This document shows, piece by piece, positions 20,965 through 33,912 of a DNA stretch of 64,000 nucleotides. This stretch comes from Alphaproteobacteria bacterium. Its GTDB lineage: Bacteria; Pseudomonadota; Alphaproteobacteria; JAAXGF01. Position numbers and translations under genes: made by a program. A model generated the notes under the pieces. That model ran no database searches and was not told the DNA's origin. It worked only from the letters and a program-made list of their open reading frames with translations. Each line of letters begins with the position of its first letter. The stretch's first letter is position 1. Location of the stretch: the NCBI GenBank assembly GCA_963555825.3, contig CAUVXB020000002.1, positions 1,184,001 through 1,248,000 on the forward strand, in the 5' to 3' direction.

Positions 20965-21717
20965 GTGGCCGAGAAGACGTTCGACCCGCTATCGCAGTTC
21001 GAAGTACACGCGCTGGTCCCGATCGACCTCGGCGGCTTCGACGCATCGTTCACCAACTCGTCGCTGTTCATGGTGCTGGCGATCGCCTCGGTCACCCTGT
21101 TCCTGGTCGGCGGCACGCGCAAGCGCGCGATGGTGCCCGGGCGCTGGCAGTCGATGGCCGAGCTGAGCTACGAGCTGGTCGCCAACATGGTGCGCGACAA
21201 CGTCGGCAGCGAGGGACGCCGCTACTTCCCCTTCATCTTCACGCTTTTCATGTTCATCCTGTTCTGCAATGCGCTCGGCCTGCTGCCGTTCGGCATCGTC
21301 GGCCTGCACGGCTTCACGGTGACCAGCCACATCATCGTTACCTTCGCGATGGCGCTGGTCGTCTTCATCGGCGTGACGATCATCGGCATCGTCAAACACA
21401 AGCTGCATTTCTTCTCGTTCTTCGTGCCCCAGGGCGTGCCGATGGCGATGGTGCCGCTGCTGGTGCCGATCGAAGTGTTGTCCTATCTGGCGCGCCCGGT
21501 GACCCTGGCGCTGCGCCTGTTCGCCAACATGATGGCCGGACACACCATGCTCGAGGTGTTCGCGACCTTCGTCGTATTGCTCGGCGTCTTCGGCTTCGCG
21601 CCGTTCCTGATGATCGTGGCGTTGATGGCGCTCGAGGTCGTCGTCGCCGTTCTGCAAGCCTATGTGTTCGCAATTCTGACTTGCCTCTACCTCAACGATG
21701 CGCTGCATCTGCATTGA
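20965..21717 (+). CDS. atpB: ATP synthase F0 subunit a
   Basis: FTNSS, PGRWQS, RPVTLALRLFANMMAGH, LQAYVF. Confidence 0.96.
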   Translation: MAEKTFDPLSQFEVHALVPIDLGGFDASFTNSSLFMVLAIASVTLFLVGGTRKRAMVPGRWQSMAELSYELVANMVRDNVGSEGRRYFPFIFTLFMFILFCNALGLLPFGIVGLHGFTVTSHIIVTFAMALVVFIGVTIIGIVKHKLHFFSFFVPQGVPMAMVPLLVPIEVLSYLARPVTLALRLFANMMAGHTMLEVFATFVVLLGVFGFAPFLMIVALMALEVVVAVLQAYVFAILTCLYLNDALHLH

Positions 21718-21774
21718 GGCGGTGGCAGGGACTCATCTCACTAGAACCCCACTTAACGGAAAAGGATCTCGATC

Positions 21775-21999
21775 ATGGATGTTGAAGCCGCAAAGTTGAT
21801 CGGCGCGGGCCTCGCGGTCATCGGTCTCGGTGGCGTGGGCATCGGCATCGGCAACATATTCGCCTCGTTCGTCACCGCGGTGGCGCGTAATCCGGCGGCA
21901 CAGCCGAAGGTGTTTCCGTTCACCATGCTCGGCTTCGCGCTGGTCGAGGCGGTGGCGCTGTACGCGCTGCTGATCGCCTTCCTGGTCCTGTTCGGCTAG
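21775..21999 (+). CDS. atpE: ATP synthase F0 subunit c
   Basis: GxGxGxG motif, ARNP loop, ALVEA acidic residue. Confidence 0.96.
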   Translation: MDVEAAKLIGAGLAVIGLGGVGIGIGNIFASFVTAVARNPAAQPKVFPFTMLGFALVEAVALYALLIAFLVLFG

Positions 22000-22048
22000 C
22001 AGCGGGCGGGGTTCGCCGGTCCGCCGGCGCGCCCGACCGCGTACGACA

Positions 22049-22537
22049 ATGCCGCAACTCGACCCTCACGTCTTCGTGCCGCAACTGGTGTGGCTGGCGA
22101 TCTCGTTCGTCATCCTCTACCTGTTGTTGGCGCGCCTCGCGCTGCCGCGCATCGGTGATGCGATCGAGGCGCGGCAAGACCGCATCGCGCACGACCTCGA
22201 CGCCGCGGCGACGCTGAAGACCGAGGCCGAGGCCGTGCTTCGCGCCTATGAGCGCACCATGGCCGAGGCCCGCTCGAAGGCGCAGAGCGAGATTGCCCGG
22301 GCCGCCGAGCAGTGCGCCCAGGAGTCGGCGGTGCGTCAGGCCGAGCTCGACGGCCGCATCGCGACGCAGCTCGCCGAGGCCGAGCAAGGCATCGCCGCCG
22401 CGCGCGGCGCGGCGCTTGCCAGCGTCGACACGCTGGCCGCCGAAATCGCGCGCGCCGCGACCGAGCGGCTGATCGGTGGCACGCTCGACGAGGCCGCGGT
22501 CGCGGCCGCCGTCGGCGCGGCCAAAGGGGAGGCTTGA
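22049..22537 (+). CDS. ATP synthase F0 subunit b'
   Basis: MPQLD..F.PQL.WL N-terminus, TM plus coiled coil. Confidence 0.92.
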   Translation: MPQLDPHVFVPQLVWLAISFVILYLLLARLALPRIGDAIEARQDRIAHDLDAAATLKTEAEAVLRAYERTMAEARSKAQSEIARAAEQCAQESAVRQAELDGRIATQLAEAEQGIAAARGAALASVDTLAAEIARAATERLIGGTLDEAAVAAAVGAAKGEA

Positions 22538-22540
22538 GCC

Positions 22541-23032
22541 GTGGCCGAGCTGTTCTCGTCGGGCGCCTTCTGGATCGCCCTCGCCTTCATCGTTTTCGTC
22601 GCCGCGACGTGGCGGCCGGTCGGGCGCATGATCGGCGGCGCGCTCGACGGCCGGGCCGACAAGATCCGCGAGCAGCTCGAGGAGGCGGTGCGGCTGCGCG
22701 AGGAGGCGCAGGCGCTCTATGCCCAATACGAACGCCAGCAGCAGGCGGCGGTCGCCGAGGCCGAGCAGATCCTGGCCCATGCCCGCGAAGAGGCCGCACG
22801 CCAGGACCGCCAGGCGGCCGAGGCGCTCGAGGCTTCGCTCAAGCGGCGCGAGGAACAGGTCATCGAGCGCATCGCCCGCGCCGAGCAGGAGGCGCTCGAC
22901 GACGTGCGCGCCGCGGCGGTCGACGTCGCCGTCCGCGCGACGCGCAAGCTGTTGGCCGAGACGCTCGACGCCGAGGGCCACGCCGCGCTGATCGACGAGG
23001 CCATCGCCGATTTGGACAAGCGGCTGCACTGA
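22541..23032 (+). CDS. atpF: ATP synthase F0 subunit b
   Basis: FW.ALAF TM, LD.RA.KI, coiled coil. Confidence 0.92.
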   Translation: MAELFSSGAFWIALAFIVFVAATWRPVGRMIGGALDGRADKIREQLEEAVRLREEAQALYAQYERQQQAAVAEAEQILAHAREEAARQDRQAAEALEASLKRREEQVIERIARAEQEALDDVRAAAVDVAVRATRKLLAETLDAEGHAALIDEAIADLDKRLH

Positions 23033-23063
23033 CGCCCTCGATCACACTGATGTGATGCCTTTT

Positions 23064-23090
23064 GGGGGCGGGTTTCAAACCCGCCCCTAC
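23064..23090 (-). repeat. GTAG-family REP palindrome, possibly also a terminator
   Basis: Reverse strand GTAG-GGGCGGGTTT-G-AAACCCGCCC; between convergent genes, flanked by T-tracts on + strand. Confidence 0.7.
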
Positions 23091-23112
23091 GTTTTTGGGC
23101 GCAGGCGCCGCC

Positions 23113-23682
23113 TCAGCTCTCGTTGTGCGGCACGTCGATCAGGCGGCGGGTGCCGGCGTCGACGTCATAGACGTGGAAGCTGTTCATCGCGCGGCCATAG
23201 AGGTGCAGGCTGACGACCCGGGCGCGGCTCTCCGGCACGCCCGTCTTGTGGATGTGGTCGGGGTTGGGCACGAAGGTCGTCACCGTCCCTTCGGCCAACA
23301 GGATGACGCCGCCGCGCGCCAGCACGATGCCCTCATCGACATCGGCCGTGTGGTCGGTGCGGATGTGGTTGCGCTCCTCGAGCACGCCCTCGACGATGCC
23401 GACGACGCCCCAGGTGCCGTGGTCGTGCACCGGCGTCCACTGACCGGGCGTCCAGACCAGCGCGTAGAGCGACGGCCCGCCGTCGTCGGCGGCGTGGATC
23501 GCGTTGCGCGCATAGTGGTCGGGATCGGCCCGGAAGTGGCGCGCCTCGAGGAACGAACGGTCGCCCATCAAGAGCTGGTGCATCAAGGGCGCGATTTCGA
23601 GCACGCAGTCGGCCGGCTCGGCGCGGTTCAGGGCAACGCGCCGCGCGTCGTCGATGAACGCCGGGAGGTCGTATTCGGACAC
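23113..23682 (-). CDS. Cysteine dioxygenase-family cupin
   Basis: YARN, W.PGQ.TPVHDHGTWG, HIH, VSLHLYG; GTG start 14 bp after gcvP stop. Confidence 0.82.
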   Translation of the reverse strand: MSEYDLPAFIDDARRVALNRAEPADCVLEIAPLMHQLLMGDRSFLEARHFRADPDHYARNAIHAADDGGPSLYALVWTPGQWTPVHDHGTWGVVGIVEGVLEERNHIRTDHTADVDEGIVLARGGVILLAEGTVTTFVPNPDHIHKTGVPESRARVVSLHLYGRAMNSFHVYDVDAGTRRLIDVPHNES

Positions 23683-23696
23683 GCCGCCGGCCTCGC

Positions 23697-26606
<2,910 letters not shown>

Positions 26607-26656
26607 CTGTCGTCTCTCCCGTGTTTCCGTCACCGTCCGCGCAACGATCGCACGGC

Positions 26657-27037
26657 TTACTCGAGGCCGGCGATGTAGCTCTTGTAGGTATCCTCGTCCA
26701 TCAGGTCGTCGAGCTCGGATGGATCGCTCATCTTGAGCTTGAAGAACCAGCCGTCGCCGGTCGGGTCTTCGTTGACCCGCACCGGGTTGTCGGCCAGCGC
26801 GTCGTTGGCCTCGGTCACCGTGCCCGACACCGGCGCATGGACCTCGCTCGCCGCCTTGACCGATTCGATGACCGCCGCGTCGCCGCCCTGGGCGACCTCG
26901 GTGCCGACCCCGGGCAGTTCGACGAAGACGACATCGCCGAGCTGCTCCTGCGCATAGTCGGTGATGCCGACGGTGGCGACGTCGTCGCCCTCGGGACGGA
27001 CCCAATCGTGGCCCTCGGTGAATTTCATCTCGCTCAT
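26657..27037 (-). CDS. gcvH: Glycine cleavage system H protein
   Basis: [30 protein letters not shown] lipoyl-Lys; ATG at 27037 preferred. Confidence 0.96.
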   Translation of the reverse strand: MSEMKFTEGHDWVRPEGDDVATVGITDYAQEQLGDVVFVELPGVGTEVAQGGDAAVIESVKAASEVHAPVSGTVTEANDALADNPVRVNEDPTGDGWFFKLKMSDPSELDDLMDEDTYKSYIAGLE

Positions 27038-27053
27038 CTGAGGTAACTCCTTG

Positions 27054-27100
27054 ATTTTCAACCGTGCCAAATTTTCAACCGCGCCAAATTTTCAACCGCG
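27054..27100. repeat. 17-bp tandem repeat (~2.8 copies) at gcvT 3' end
   Basis: ATTTTCAACCGTGCCAA / ATTTTCAACCGCGCCAA / ATTTTCAACCGCG. Confidence 0.9.
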
Positions 27101-28219
27101 ATAGTAGCGTTGTTCGACGAACGGCAGCTTGGTCACCGTGACCGGGTGCAGCTTGCCGCGCACCTCTGCCTGGAGCTTGCGGCCGACGTCGGCGTCGCCC
27201 GCCGCGACATAACCCATGGCGATCGGTCTGCCGACCGTGGCGGCGAAACAGCCGCTGGTGACGACGCCGGTCTGGTTGCCGTCTTCGTCGAACAGGCGGG
27301 CGCCCTCGCGCACCGGCGCCCGGCCCTCGGGCCTGAGGCCGACGCGCTTGCGCGTCGCGCCACCGGCGAGCTGGCCCATGATGACGTCGGCGCCGGGATA
27401 GCCGCCGGGGCGCGCGCCGTCGGCGCGGCGCGCCTTGGACAGCGCCCAGGCGAGCCGCCCCTCGACCGGCGGCGTCGTCGTGTCGATATCGTGGCCGTAG
27501 AGGCACAGGCCGGCCTCGAGCCTGAGCGTGTCGCGCGCGCCGAGGCCGATCGGCGCGACCGCGTCGTGGGCCAACAGCGTGTGGGCCAGCGCCAGGGCGG
27601 CGTGGCCCGGCACCGAGATTTCGAAACCGTCCTCGCCGGTGTAACCGGACCGCGTGACGAAGCATTCGACGCCGTCGATGTCGACCCGCGCCGCGCTCAT
27701 GAAGACGAGATCGACGGTGGCCGGCGCGAGCCGCGCCATGACCGCCGCGGCGGCGGGGCCCTGCAAGGCGAGCAGCGCGCGGTCGTCGAGCACCTCGACG
27801 TCGCAGCGCCCGTCGAGGTGGCGGCGCAAATATGCGATGTCGGCGTCCTTGCAGGCGGCGTTGACGACGACGAACAGATGATCGCCGGCGTTGGTCACCA
27901 TCAGATCGTCGAGGATGCCGCCCGCATCGTTGGTAAACAGCGCATAGCGTTGACGGCCGGCATCGAGACCGACGATGTCGACCGGCACCAGGCTCTCGAG
28001 CGCGGCCGCGGCGGCGGGGCCGACCAGCTTGACTTGGCCCATATGCGAGACGTCGAACAGCCCGGCCTGGCCGCGCGTGTGGTTGTGTTCGGCAATGATG
28101 CCGCCGGCGTACTGCACCGGCATCTGGTAGCCGGCGAATGGCACCATGCGGGCGCCCAGCTCGACGTGCAGGTCATGAAGCTGCGTGCGCTTGATTGGTG
28201 AGTGTTGTTGGTCTGCCAC
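27092..28219 (-). CDS. gcvT: Aminomethyltransferase, T protein
   Basis: FAGYQMPVQY, GLFDVSHMGQ, RSGYTGEDGFEI, GLGARDTLRLEAGL; GTG start 28219 after GGAGG. Confidence 0.96.
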   Translation of the reverse strand: MADQQHSPIKRTQLHDLHVELGARMVPFAGYQMPVQYAGGIIAEHNHTRGQAGLFDVSHMGQVKLVGPAAAAALESLVPVDIVGLDAGRQRYALFTNDAGGILDDLMVTNAGDHLFVVVNAACKDADIAYLRRHLDGRCDVEVLDDRALLALQGPAAAAVMARLAPATVDLVFMSAARVDIDGVECFVTRSGYTGEDGFEISVPGHAALALAHTLLAHDAVAPIGLGARDTLRLEAGLCLYGHDIDTTTPPVEGRLAWALSKARRADGARPGGYPGADVIMGQLAGGATRKRVGLRPEGRAPVREGARLFDEDGNQTGVVTSGCFAATVGRPIAMGYVAAGDADVGRKLQAEVRGKLHPVTVTKLPFVEQRYYRG

Positions 28220-28267
28220 ACGATCCTCCGACACAGAGCGCCGTCCACCGTCGCCAATGTGGTGGCT

Positions 28268-28465
28268 GCCCCCTCTGTCGTCGGACCTGAGAGATTCACG
28301 CGCTGGCGCGCCGGCGCGGCTTACCCCTTCGGTGAGGCGCGCCTCGCGCGCACCTGCTTTCCAGAGATTCATCCCCCTACGGTCCGGGTGCCTGAGAGTT
28401 TCCGGGGCGGTTGCTCCTTCGGCGCCGGCCGCCGCGCGATCGGTGGCCGGTCTCTCCCGCAGGGA
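28268..28465 (-). ncRNA. Tandem glycine riboswitch
   Basis: Reverse strand: GGAGAGA..CGCCGAAGGAGCAA..AACTCTCAGGC..GGACCG then CTCTGGAAAG..CACCGAAGGGGTAA..AATCTCTCAGGT..GACAGAG, upstream of gcvT. Confidence 0.93.
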
Positions 28466-28541
28466 TCATTTGATGTCTGTCCGCCTTGCCGAGCGGGTCG
28501 CCCCGTCCGGCGAAATGATCATAGGCGGTTCCGGGCCGAGG

Positions 28542-29060
28542 TCAACCACCGCGGCCGCGGCGCAGAAAATCGAGCTGATCTTGGGTCAGTTGGAAGCCGA
28601 TGATGATGCGGTAGTAACGGGCGTCGGCATTGGGCGCATAGTGGATGCGCTGGCTGACCTCCTCCTGCACCGCGACGCGCGGGCCAAAGCCCGGATACTC
28701 GACCTCGACCGGAAAGACCTGCTTGGCGATGATCTTGTCGCCCGGGTTGGTGATCGCGACGAAATAGGCGAACCGGCCGATTTTGCCCTCGGCGGCGGGG
28801 CCGCGGGTCAGCCCGACCGTCAGCAGCACTTCGCTGTCGACATAACCGTCGTCGTCGTATTCGCAGGTCGAAGACATTTCGACCACCTCGCCGGTGTACA
28901 GCACGTCGGTGAGATCGCGGCCCGGGCCGGGCCGGAACTCGACCATCTCGGCCGCCTCGGACAACACGACGGCGCGCGGGCACGGCAGCTGCGGTCCCGT
29001 GTCGAAGACCGTGCAGCCGGCCAGCACGAGGCCGAGAAAAACGACCGAGACGCGGATCAT
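28542..29060 (-). CDS. Conserved hypothetical lipoprotein
   Basis: Lipobox LAGC, CP..V, RGPAA, YFVAI, IIGFQLT..QL. Confidence 0.75.
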   Translation of the reverse strand: MIRVSVVFLGLVLAGCTVFDTGPQLPCPRAVVLSEAAEMVEFRPGPGRDLTDVLYTGEVVEMSSTCEYDDDGYVDSEVLLTVGLTRGPAAEGKIGRFAYFVAITNPGDKIIAKQVFPVEVEYPGFGPRVAVQEEVSQRIHYAPNADARYYRIIIGFQLTQDQLDFLRRGRGG

Positions 29061-29106
29061 GCCGCGGTCCACCGGGTGTCGGCGCCAGCCAGTGCGCCGC
29101 ACGCGA

Positions 29107-29346
29107 TCACAGATCCCCGTGGCTGCCGTCGCACAGCGGCCGGTTGCCGGTCTGCTTGCAGCCGCAGAAATAGACAGTCTTCGAGCGGTTGGCGACGTAA
29201 TGCACCGGCGCAAAGCCGGTGCCCTTGTGCGAGCCGTCGCATAACGGCTGGTTGGCGCTGCGGCCGCAGGCGCACCAGAAGTACGACTTGTCGGCCTCGA
29301 CATTGACTTGGAACGGGCCCTTCTGGGCAATCACGGCGTCCGGCAT
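29107..29346 (-). CDS. CDGSH iron-sulfur domain protein (two CDGSH motifs)
   Basis: WCACGRS..QPLCDGSH and FCGCKQT..RPLCDGSH. Confidence 0.92.
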   Translation of the reverse strand: MPDAVIAQKGPFQVNVEADKSYFWCACGRSANQPLCDGSHKGTGFAPVHYVANRSKTVYFCGCKQTGNRPLCDGSHGDL

Positions 29347-29521
29347 GGCACGGTCCCTAAACGGTTTTACTCATCGCCGGCATGTAATAGCTTGGTGCCG
29401 CCGCCCGCCGGCGGCGCCGCCGATGGCCTCGCCGGACGGGCGGCACTTTAATCGCCGTCGCCAGCGACGGCAAGCGCCGCACCGCCGGCGCGTGGTGGGG
29501 CTGATAGGACGGGTACGGTCG

Positions 29522-30484
29522 ATGGCGGTTTACACCGAGGTCTCGGACCAAGACATCGCGGAATTCCTCGCGGCCTACGATCTCGACCCGTTAATTTCAT
29601 ACAAGGGCATCGCCGAGGGCGTCGAGAACAGCAACTATCTCATGCTGACCGAATCGGTGCCCTACATCCTGACGCTCTACGAGAAACGCGTCGCACCCGA
29701 GGACCTGCCGTTCTTCCTGGCGCTGATGGAGCATCTCGCGGTCAACGGCGTGCCCTGCCCGACGCCGATCCGCGGGCGCGACGGCGATGCATTGCGCGAG
29801 TTGTGCGGCCGGCCGGCGGCGATCATCAGCTTCCTCAACGGCGTCTGGCCACGGCGCATCTACGCCGAACACTGCGCCGCCCTTGGCGAAGGCATGGCGC
29901 GGCTGCACCTCGCCGGCGCCGATTTCCCCATGGCCCGCGCCAACGCGTTGTCGGTGGCCGGTTGGCGCCCGCTGCTGGACGCCTGCGGCACGCGCTGCGA
30001 CGAGGTCGCCGACGGCCTCGGCGATCTGCTGGCCGCCGAGCTCGACCATCTCGAGGCGAACTGGCCCGACGACCTGCCGGCCGGCGTCATCCACGCCGAT
30101 CTGTTCCCCGACAACGTCTTCTTCGCCGACTTCCGGCTGACCGGGCTGATCGACTTCTATTTCGCGTGCAACGATTTCCTGGCCTATGACCTGGCGGTCT
30201 GCCTCAACGCCTGGTGCTTCGAGCGGACCGGCGAATTCAACATCACCAAGGCGCTGCAGCTGATGTTGTCCTACCACCGCACGCGCCCGCTGGAGGCCGC
30301 CGAGCTCGACTTGATGCCGCTTCTCGCGCGCGGCGCGGCGCTGCGCTTCCTGCTGACCCGGCTCTACGACTGGCTCAACCAGGTTCCGGGCGCGCTGGTC
30401 AAGCCGAAGGACCCGCTCGAGTATCTCCGGAAGCTGCGTTTCCACCAAAGCGTCGAGGGGCCGTCGGCCTACGGACTGTCGTGA
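29522..30484 (+). CDS. thrB: Homoserine kinase type II
   Basis: [46 protein letters not shown]. Confidence 0.94.
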   Translation: MAVYTEVSDQDIAEFLAAYDLDPLISYKGIAEGVENSNYLMLTESVPYILTLYEKRVAPEDLPFFLALMEHLAVNGVPCPTPIRGRDGDALRELCGRPAAIISFLNGVWPRRIYAEHCAALGEGMARLHLAGADFPMARANALSVAGWRPLLDACGTRCDEVADGLGDLLAAELDHLEANWPDDLPAGVIHADLFPDNVFFADFRLTGLIDFYFACNDFLAYDLAVCLNAWCFERTGEFNITKALQLMLSYHRTRPLEAAELDLMPLLARGAALRFLLTRLYDWLNQVPGALVKPKDPLEYLRKLRFHQSVEGPSAYGLS

Positions 30485-30927
30485 CCAACGAGAGCATCGC
30501 CGAGGTCTATACCGACGGCGCGTGCTCGGGCAATCCGGGGCCCGGCGGCTGGGGCGCGGTGCTCGGCTGGCAGGGCAAGACGCGCGAGATCTCGGGCGGC
30601 GCGGCGGCGACGACCAACAACCGCATGGAGCTGATGGCGGCGATCGCCGCGCTCGAATCGCTCACCCGCCCGGTCACCGTGCGCATCCACACCGACAGCA
30701 CCTACGTCAAGGACGGCATCACCCAGTGGATCCACCGCTGGAAGCGCAACGGCTGGAAGACCGCGAACAAGAAGCCGGTCAAGAACGAGGACCTGTGGCG
30801 CCGCCTCGACGCGGCGCTCGCCCGTCACGACGTCAGCTGGCACTGGGTCAAGGGCCACGCCGGCCATCCCGGCAACGAGCGCGCCGACGCGCTGGCCCGC
30901 GAAGCGGTGCCCCGGCCCGGGGACTAG
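30481..30927 (+). CDS. rnhA: Ribonuclease HI
   Basis: [45 protein letters not shown]. Confidence 0.96.
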   Translation: MTNESIAEVYTDGACSGNPGPGGWGAVLGWQGKTREISGGAAATTNNRMELMAAIAALESLTRPVTVRIHTDSTYVKDGITQWIHRWKRNGWKTANKKPVKNEDLWRRLDAALARHDVSWHWVKGHAGHPGNERADALAREAVPRPGD

Positions 30928-31069
30928 AATTGGTGTCGGTCGGTTCCTACCAGCCCCGCGACCGCGGGCCGCCGACCGTTCGGCCAGTCTTTGTGGGATA
31001 TAGATTGGCTTGCGCGGCGATTGAGCGCAGGTCAGCTTTACGCAGTAAAGGTGACCGCACAAATCCTTA
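30924..31069 (+). repeat. Structured intergenic repeat family 1, copy C (with inserted mini-hairpin)
   Basis: Same core as copies A/B; fills the gap between rnhA and peroxiredoxin stop codons. Confidence 0.9.
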
Positions 31070-31549
31070 AATATCGCCGAGCAGCGTGTCGGCGTCGCTG
31101 ACTTCGAAGCCGCCGCCTTCTTCGACGTGCAGGGCGGTGACCACGCCGTCGTCGACCAGCATCGAGTAGCGCTGCGAGCGCACGCCGAAACCGCGCGCGA
31201 TCAGGTCGAGCTCGAGGCCGATGGCGCGCGTGAAGTCGGCGCTGCCGTCGGCCAGCATCATGACCTTGTCGCCGGCGTTCTGGTCCTTGCCCCAGGCGCC
31301 CATGACGAAGGCGTCGTTGACCGAGACACAGCCGATCGTCGCGACGCCCTTTTCGTTGAAGCGCTCGGCCGCCGCGATGAAGCCGGGCAGATGCTTCGCC
31401 GAGCAGGTCGGCGTGAACGCGCCGGGCAGGCCGAAGATGGCGACCCGCTTGGCGCCGAACAACGCATCGGAGGAAATCTCGGCCGGGCCGTCGTCGGTCA
31501 TGTGGTGCAACGTGGTGGATGGGACTCGATCGCCGACTTTGATGGTCAT
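31067..31549 (-). CDS. Peroxiredoxin (Prx5/redoxin)
   Basis: GLPGAFTPTCS..HLPGF, SVNDAFVM.AW, RSQRY. Confidence 0.94.
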   Translation of the reverse strand: MTIKVGDRVPSTTLHHMTDDGPAEISSDALFGAKRVAIFGLPGAFTPTCSAKHLPGFIAAAERFNEKGVATIGCVSVNDAFVMGAWGKDQNAGDKVMMLADGSADFTRAIGLELDLIARGFGVRSQRYSMLVDDGVVTALHVEEGGGFEVSDADTLLGDI

Positions 31550-31624
31550 GGTGACTCCCCCGAAATCGTTTTTAGCGGTGCACGCGCCGGGTATGCGAAC
31601 GCCGCGCGCCTTAACCTTAGTGTG

Positions 31625-33745
31625 TTATTCGGCCGATGCAACGGCGCTGCCGGCGCGGTTGAACGCGGCCATGACGACGTCCTCGGTCAACAGCTCGGGC
31701 AGCGGCAGGCCGCGTGGCAGCGCCGGCCCGTAAACGACGTTGAACGGAATGCCGTAGCGGCCGAACGCCTCCAAATAGGCGGCGATATCGGCGTTCGGCA
31801 GCGTCCAGTCGGCGCGCATCGCGACGATCTGCTCGCTGGCCAGCCGGCGCGCCACCTCACCGCGATCGAGTACCGTCTTCTTGTTGAACTCGCAGGTCAC
31901 GCACCAGTCGGCGGTGACGTCGACGAACACCGTCTTGCCGGCGGCGACGAGGCGCGCGATCTCGGCGCGGTCGAAGGGTTGCCACAACGACCCGGCGGCG
32001 ATCGCGAGCCTGCCGGCGGTTGGCTGCGCCAGTTGGCCGGGCGCGACGAAGGCGAGCGCGACGAACAGCGCGATCACGCCACCGGCGATGCCGCGCCTTC
32101 CGGCGCCGCGCGCGGCGAACCACAGCACCAGCCCGACGGCAACCATCAACGCGCCGACGGCGAGCGCCGCGGTCATGCCGGCCTGCGCGGCGAGCACGCT
32201 CAACAGCCAGATCCCGGTGGCGGCCAGCAGGACGCCGAGAACACGGCGCAGCGTGACCATCCACGGGCCCGGCCGGGGCAGCCGCGCGGCGAGCCCCGGG
32301 AACGCCGCGAACGCGAGATAGGGCGCCGCCATGCCGAGGCCCAAGGCGGCGAACACGGCGACGATCTCGAGCGGTCCGCGGGCCAGCGCGAAACTCACCG
32401 AGGTGCCGAGGAACGGCGCCGAACACGGCGTCGCCAACAATGTCGCGAAGGCGCCCGACGCAAAATCACCGGACAGGCTGCCCGGCGCCCTGCCAGCGAC
32501 CGCCGCGCCGCCAATCGACACCGGCAAGTGGACCTCGAACAGGCCCCACAGGTTACAGGCGAACAGGGTGACGACGGCGACCATGGCGACGATGAACAGC
32601 GGTTCCTGGAACTGAACGCCCCAGCCAACCGCGTGGCCCGCCGCCTTGAAGCCGGCGACGGCGCCGCCGAGCACCAGGAACGAGACGACGATGCCGGCCG
32701 TCGTGGCGAGGAAGCGCATGGTGACCCGGCGCCGCTCGGTGCCGGCCATGCCGATCACGCCCATCACCTTGATCGACAGCACCGGCAGCACGCAAGGCAT
32801 CAGGTTGAGGATCAGCCCGCCGACCATGGCGAGCATCAGAATCACCGCGAACGCGTCGAGCCGCGGCCCCTCGGCTTCGCCGGCGACGGCCACCAGCGTC
32901 TGCTCGACGGCACGACCGCGGTCGGCCAGTGTCACGGTGAAGGACGCGCCGGTCAACGCCGGGGCCTCGCCGCGCGCCGGCGCGGCGAGGCGGAACACCG
33001 CCTCACGGCCACCGTCGAGGAGTTCGAGTTCGGGCGCGGCGAAATAGTACCTGTCGCCACCCTCGACGAACACCACCGGCTCGGCGAAGGGTTCGGGCGC
33101 GCGCGCGACGACGCGCAGCAGGCGATCCGGCCCCGCGCCGACCGCCTCGACCCGATCGATCGCCGGCCCCGACGCCGTCGGCGGCCCCGGCACCCGCGCC
33201 AGATAATCGGCGATCAGCCCGCCGAACGCGGTCGGGCCGGCCGGCCCGGGCGGTAGCGCGAGCTTTAGCTCGGCGCTGAATGGAACGCAGATCTGCTCGC
33301 AGGCGAGATAGTTGACGACCGCGCGCAGCACCGTCGGCCGCGCCGGATCGGTGGCCGACGCCACGATCGGCAGCACGACCTCGTCCTTGTATCCGTGGGT
33401 GACCAGCTCGCCGATCTCGATGAAGCGTTCGGGCAGCGGCCAGGACACCGCGACCGTTTCGAGGTTGGCCGAGCCCGACCAGTCGATCTGCGGTGCCAGG
33501 CCCGATTCGCCGGGCGAGCGCCAATAGATCTTCCAGCCCGGCGCGAGACGGAACTGCAGGCCGATCGAGGCCTTGCCGGCGACGTCGATGGCGTCCTGGG
33601 CCGAGACCAGGCGCACCTCGGTGACGTCGCTGCGTTGCCAGGCGCTCGACAGCGCCAGGGCGTCGGTCGCGGCGCCCAACGCGAAGATCGCCGCGCCGAG
33701 TACCGCGATGCGATACGCGAAGCTATCGATGGTCGCCCGCTTCAT
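31625..33745 (-). CDS. Protein-disulfide reductase DsbD family
   Basis: GWKIYWRSPGESG, ACEQIC, NLMPCVLPV, ATPCSAPF, TADWCVTC. Confidence 0.92.
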   Translation of the reverse strand: MKRATIDSFAYRIAVLGAAIFALGAATDALALSSAWQRSDVTEVRLVSAQDAIDVAGKASIGLQFRLAPGWKIYWRSPGESGLAPQIDWSGSANLETVAVSWPLPERFIEIGELVTHGYKDEVVLPIVASATDPARPTVLRAVVNYLACEQICVPFSAELKLALPPGPAGPTAFGGLIADYLARVPGPPTASGPAIDRVEAVGAGPDRLLRVVARAPEPFAEPVVFVEGGDRYYFAAPELELLDGGREAVFRLAAPARGEAPALTGASFTVTLADRGRAVEQTLVAVAGEAEGPRLDAFAVILMLAMVGGLILNLMPCVLPVLSIKVMGVIGMAGTERRRVTMRFLATTAGIVVSFLVLGGAVAGFKAAGHAVGWGVQFQEPLFIVAMVAVVTLFACNLWGLFEVHLPVSIGGAAVAGRAPGSLSGDFASGAFATLLATPCSAPFLGTSVSFALARGPLEIVAVFAALGLGMAAPYLAFAAFPGLAARLPRPGPWMVTLRRVLGVLLAATGIWLLSVLAAQAGMTAALAVGALMVAVGLVLWFAARGAGRRGIAGGVIALFVALAFVAPGQLAQPTAGRLAIAAGSLWQPFDRAEIARLVAAGKTVFVDVTADWCVTCEFNKKTVLDRGEVARRLASEQIVAMRADWTLPNADIAAYLEAFGRYGIPFNVVYGPALPRGLPLPELLTEDVVMAAFNRAGSAVASAE

Positions 33746-33774
33746 GGTCTCTCCGACATGGTCTCTCCGACATG
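33743..33774. repeat. 14-bp tandem duplication of the dsbD RBS plus ATG
   Basis: CATGGTCTCTCCGA twice, then CATG. Confidence 0.88.
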
Positions 33775-33912
33775 AGGCCCCGACGGTCGCGGCCGGGGCG
33801 GGACTCGCAATCTCATGACAGAAGGATATATAGAATTCTACTACCCGTTTGTCACATCTGTGCGATACTGAACGGGTAAGAAACGTTGGAAACGGCGGTT
33901 TTTGGAGCTGTG

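Noticed and set aside
27054-27100. Possible mini-CRISPR
   Set aside because: Repeats are contiguous with no spacers and there are no cas genes
28220-28372. N-terminal extension of GcvT in the ORF track
   Set aside because: Overlaps the glycine riboswitch; GTG at 28219 has a GGAGG RBS
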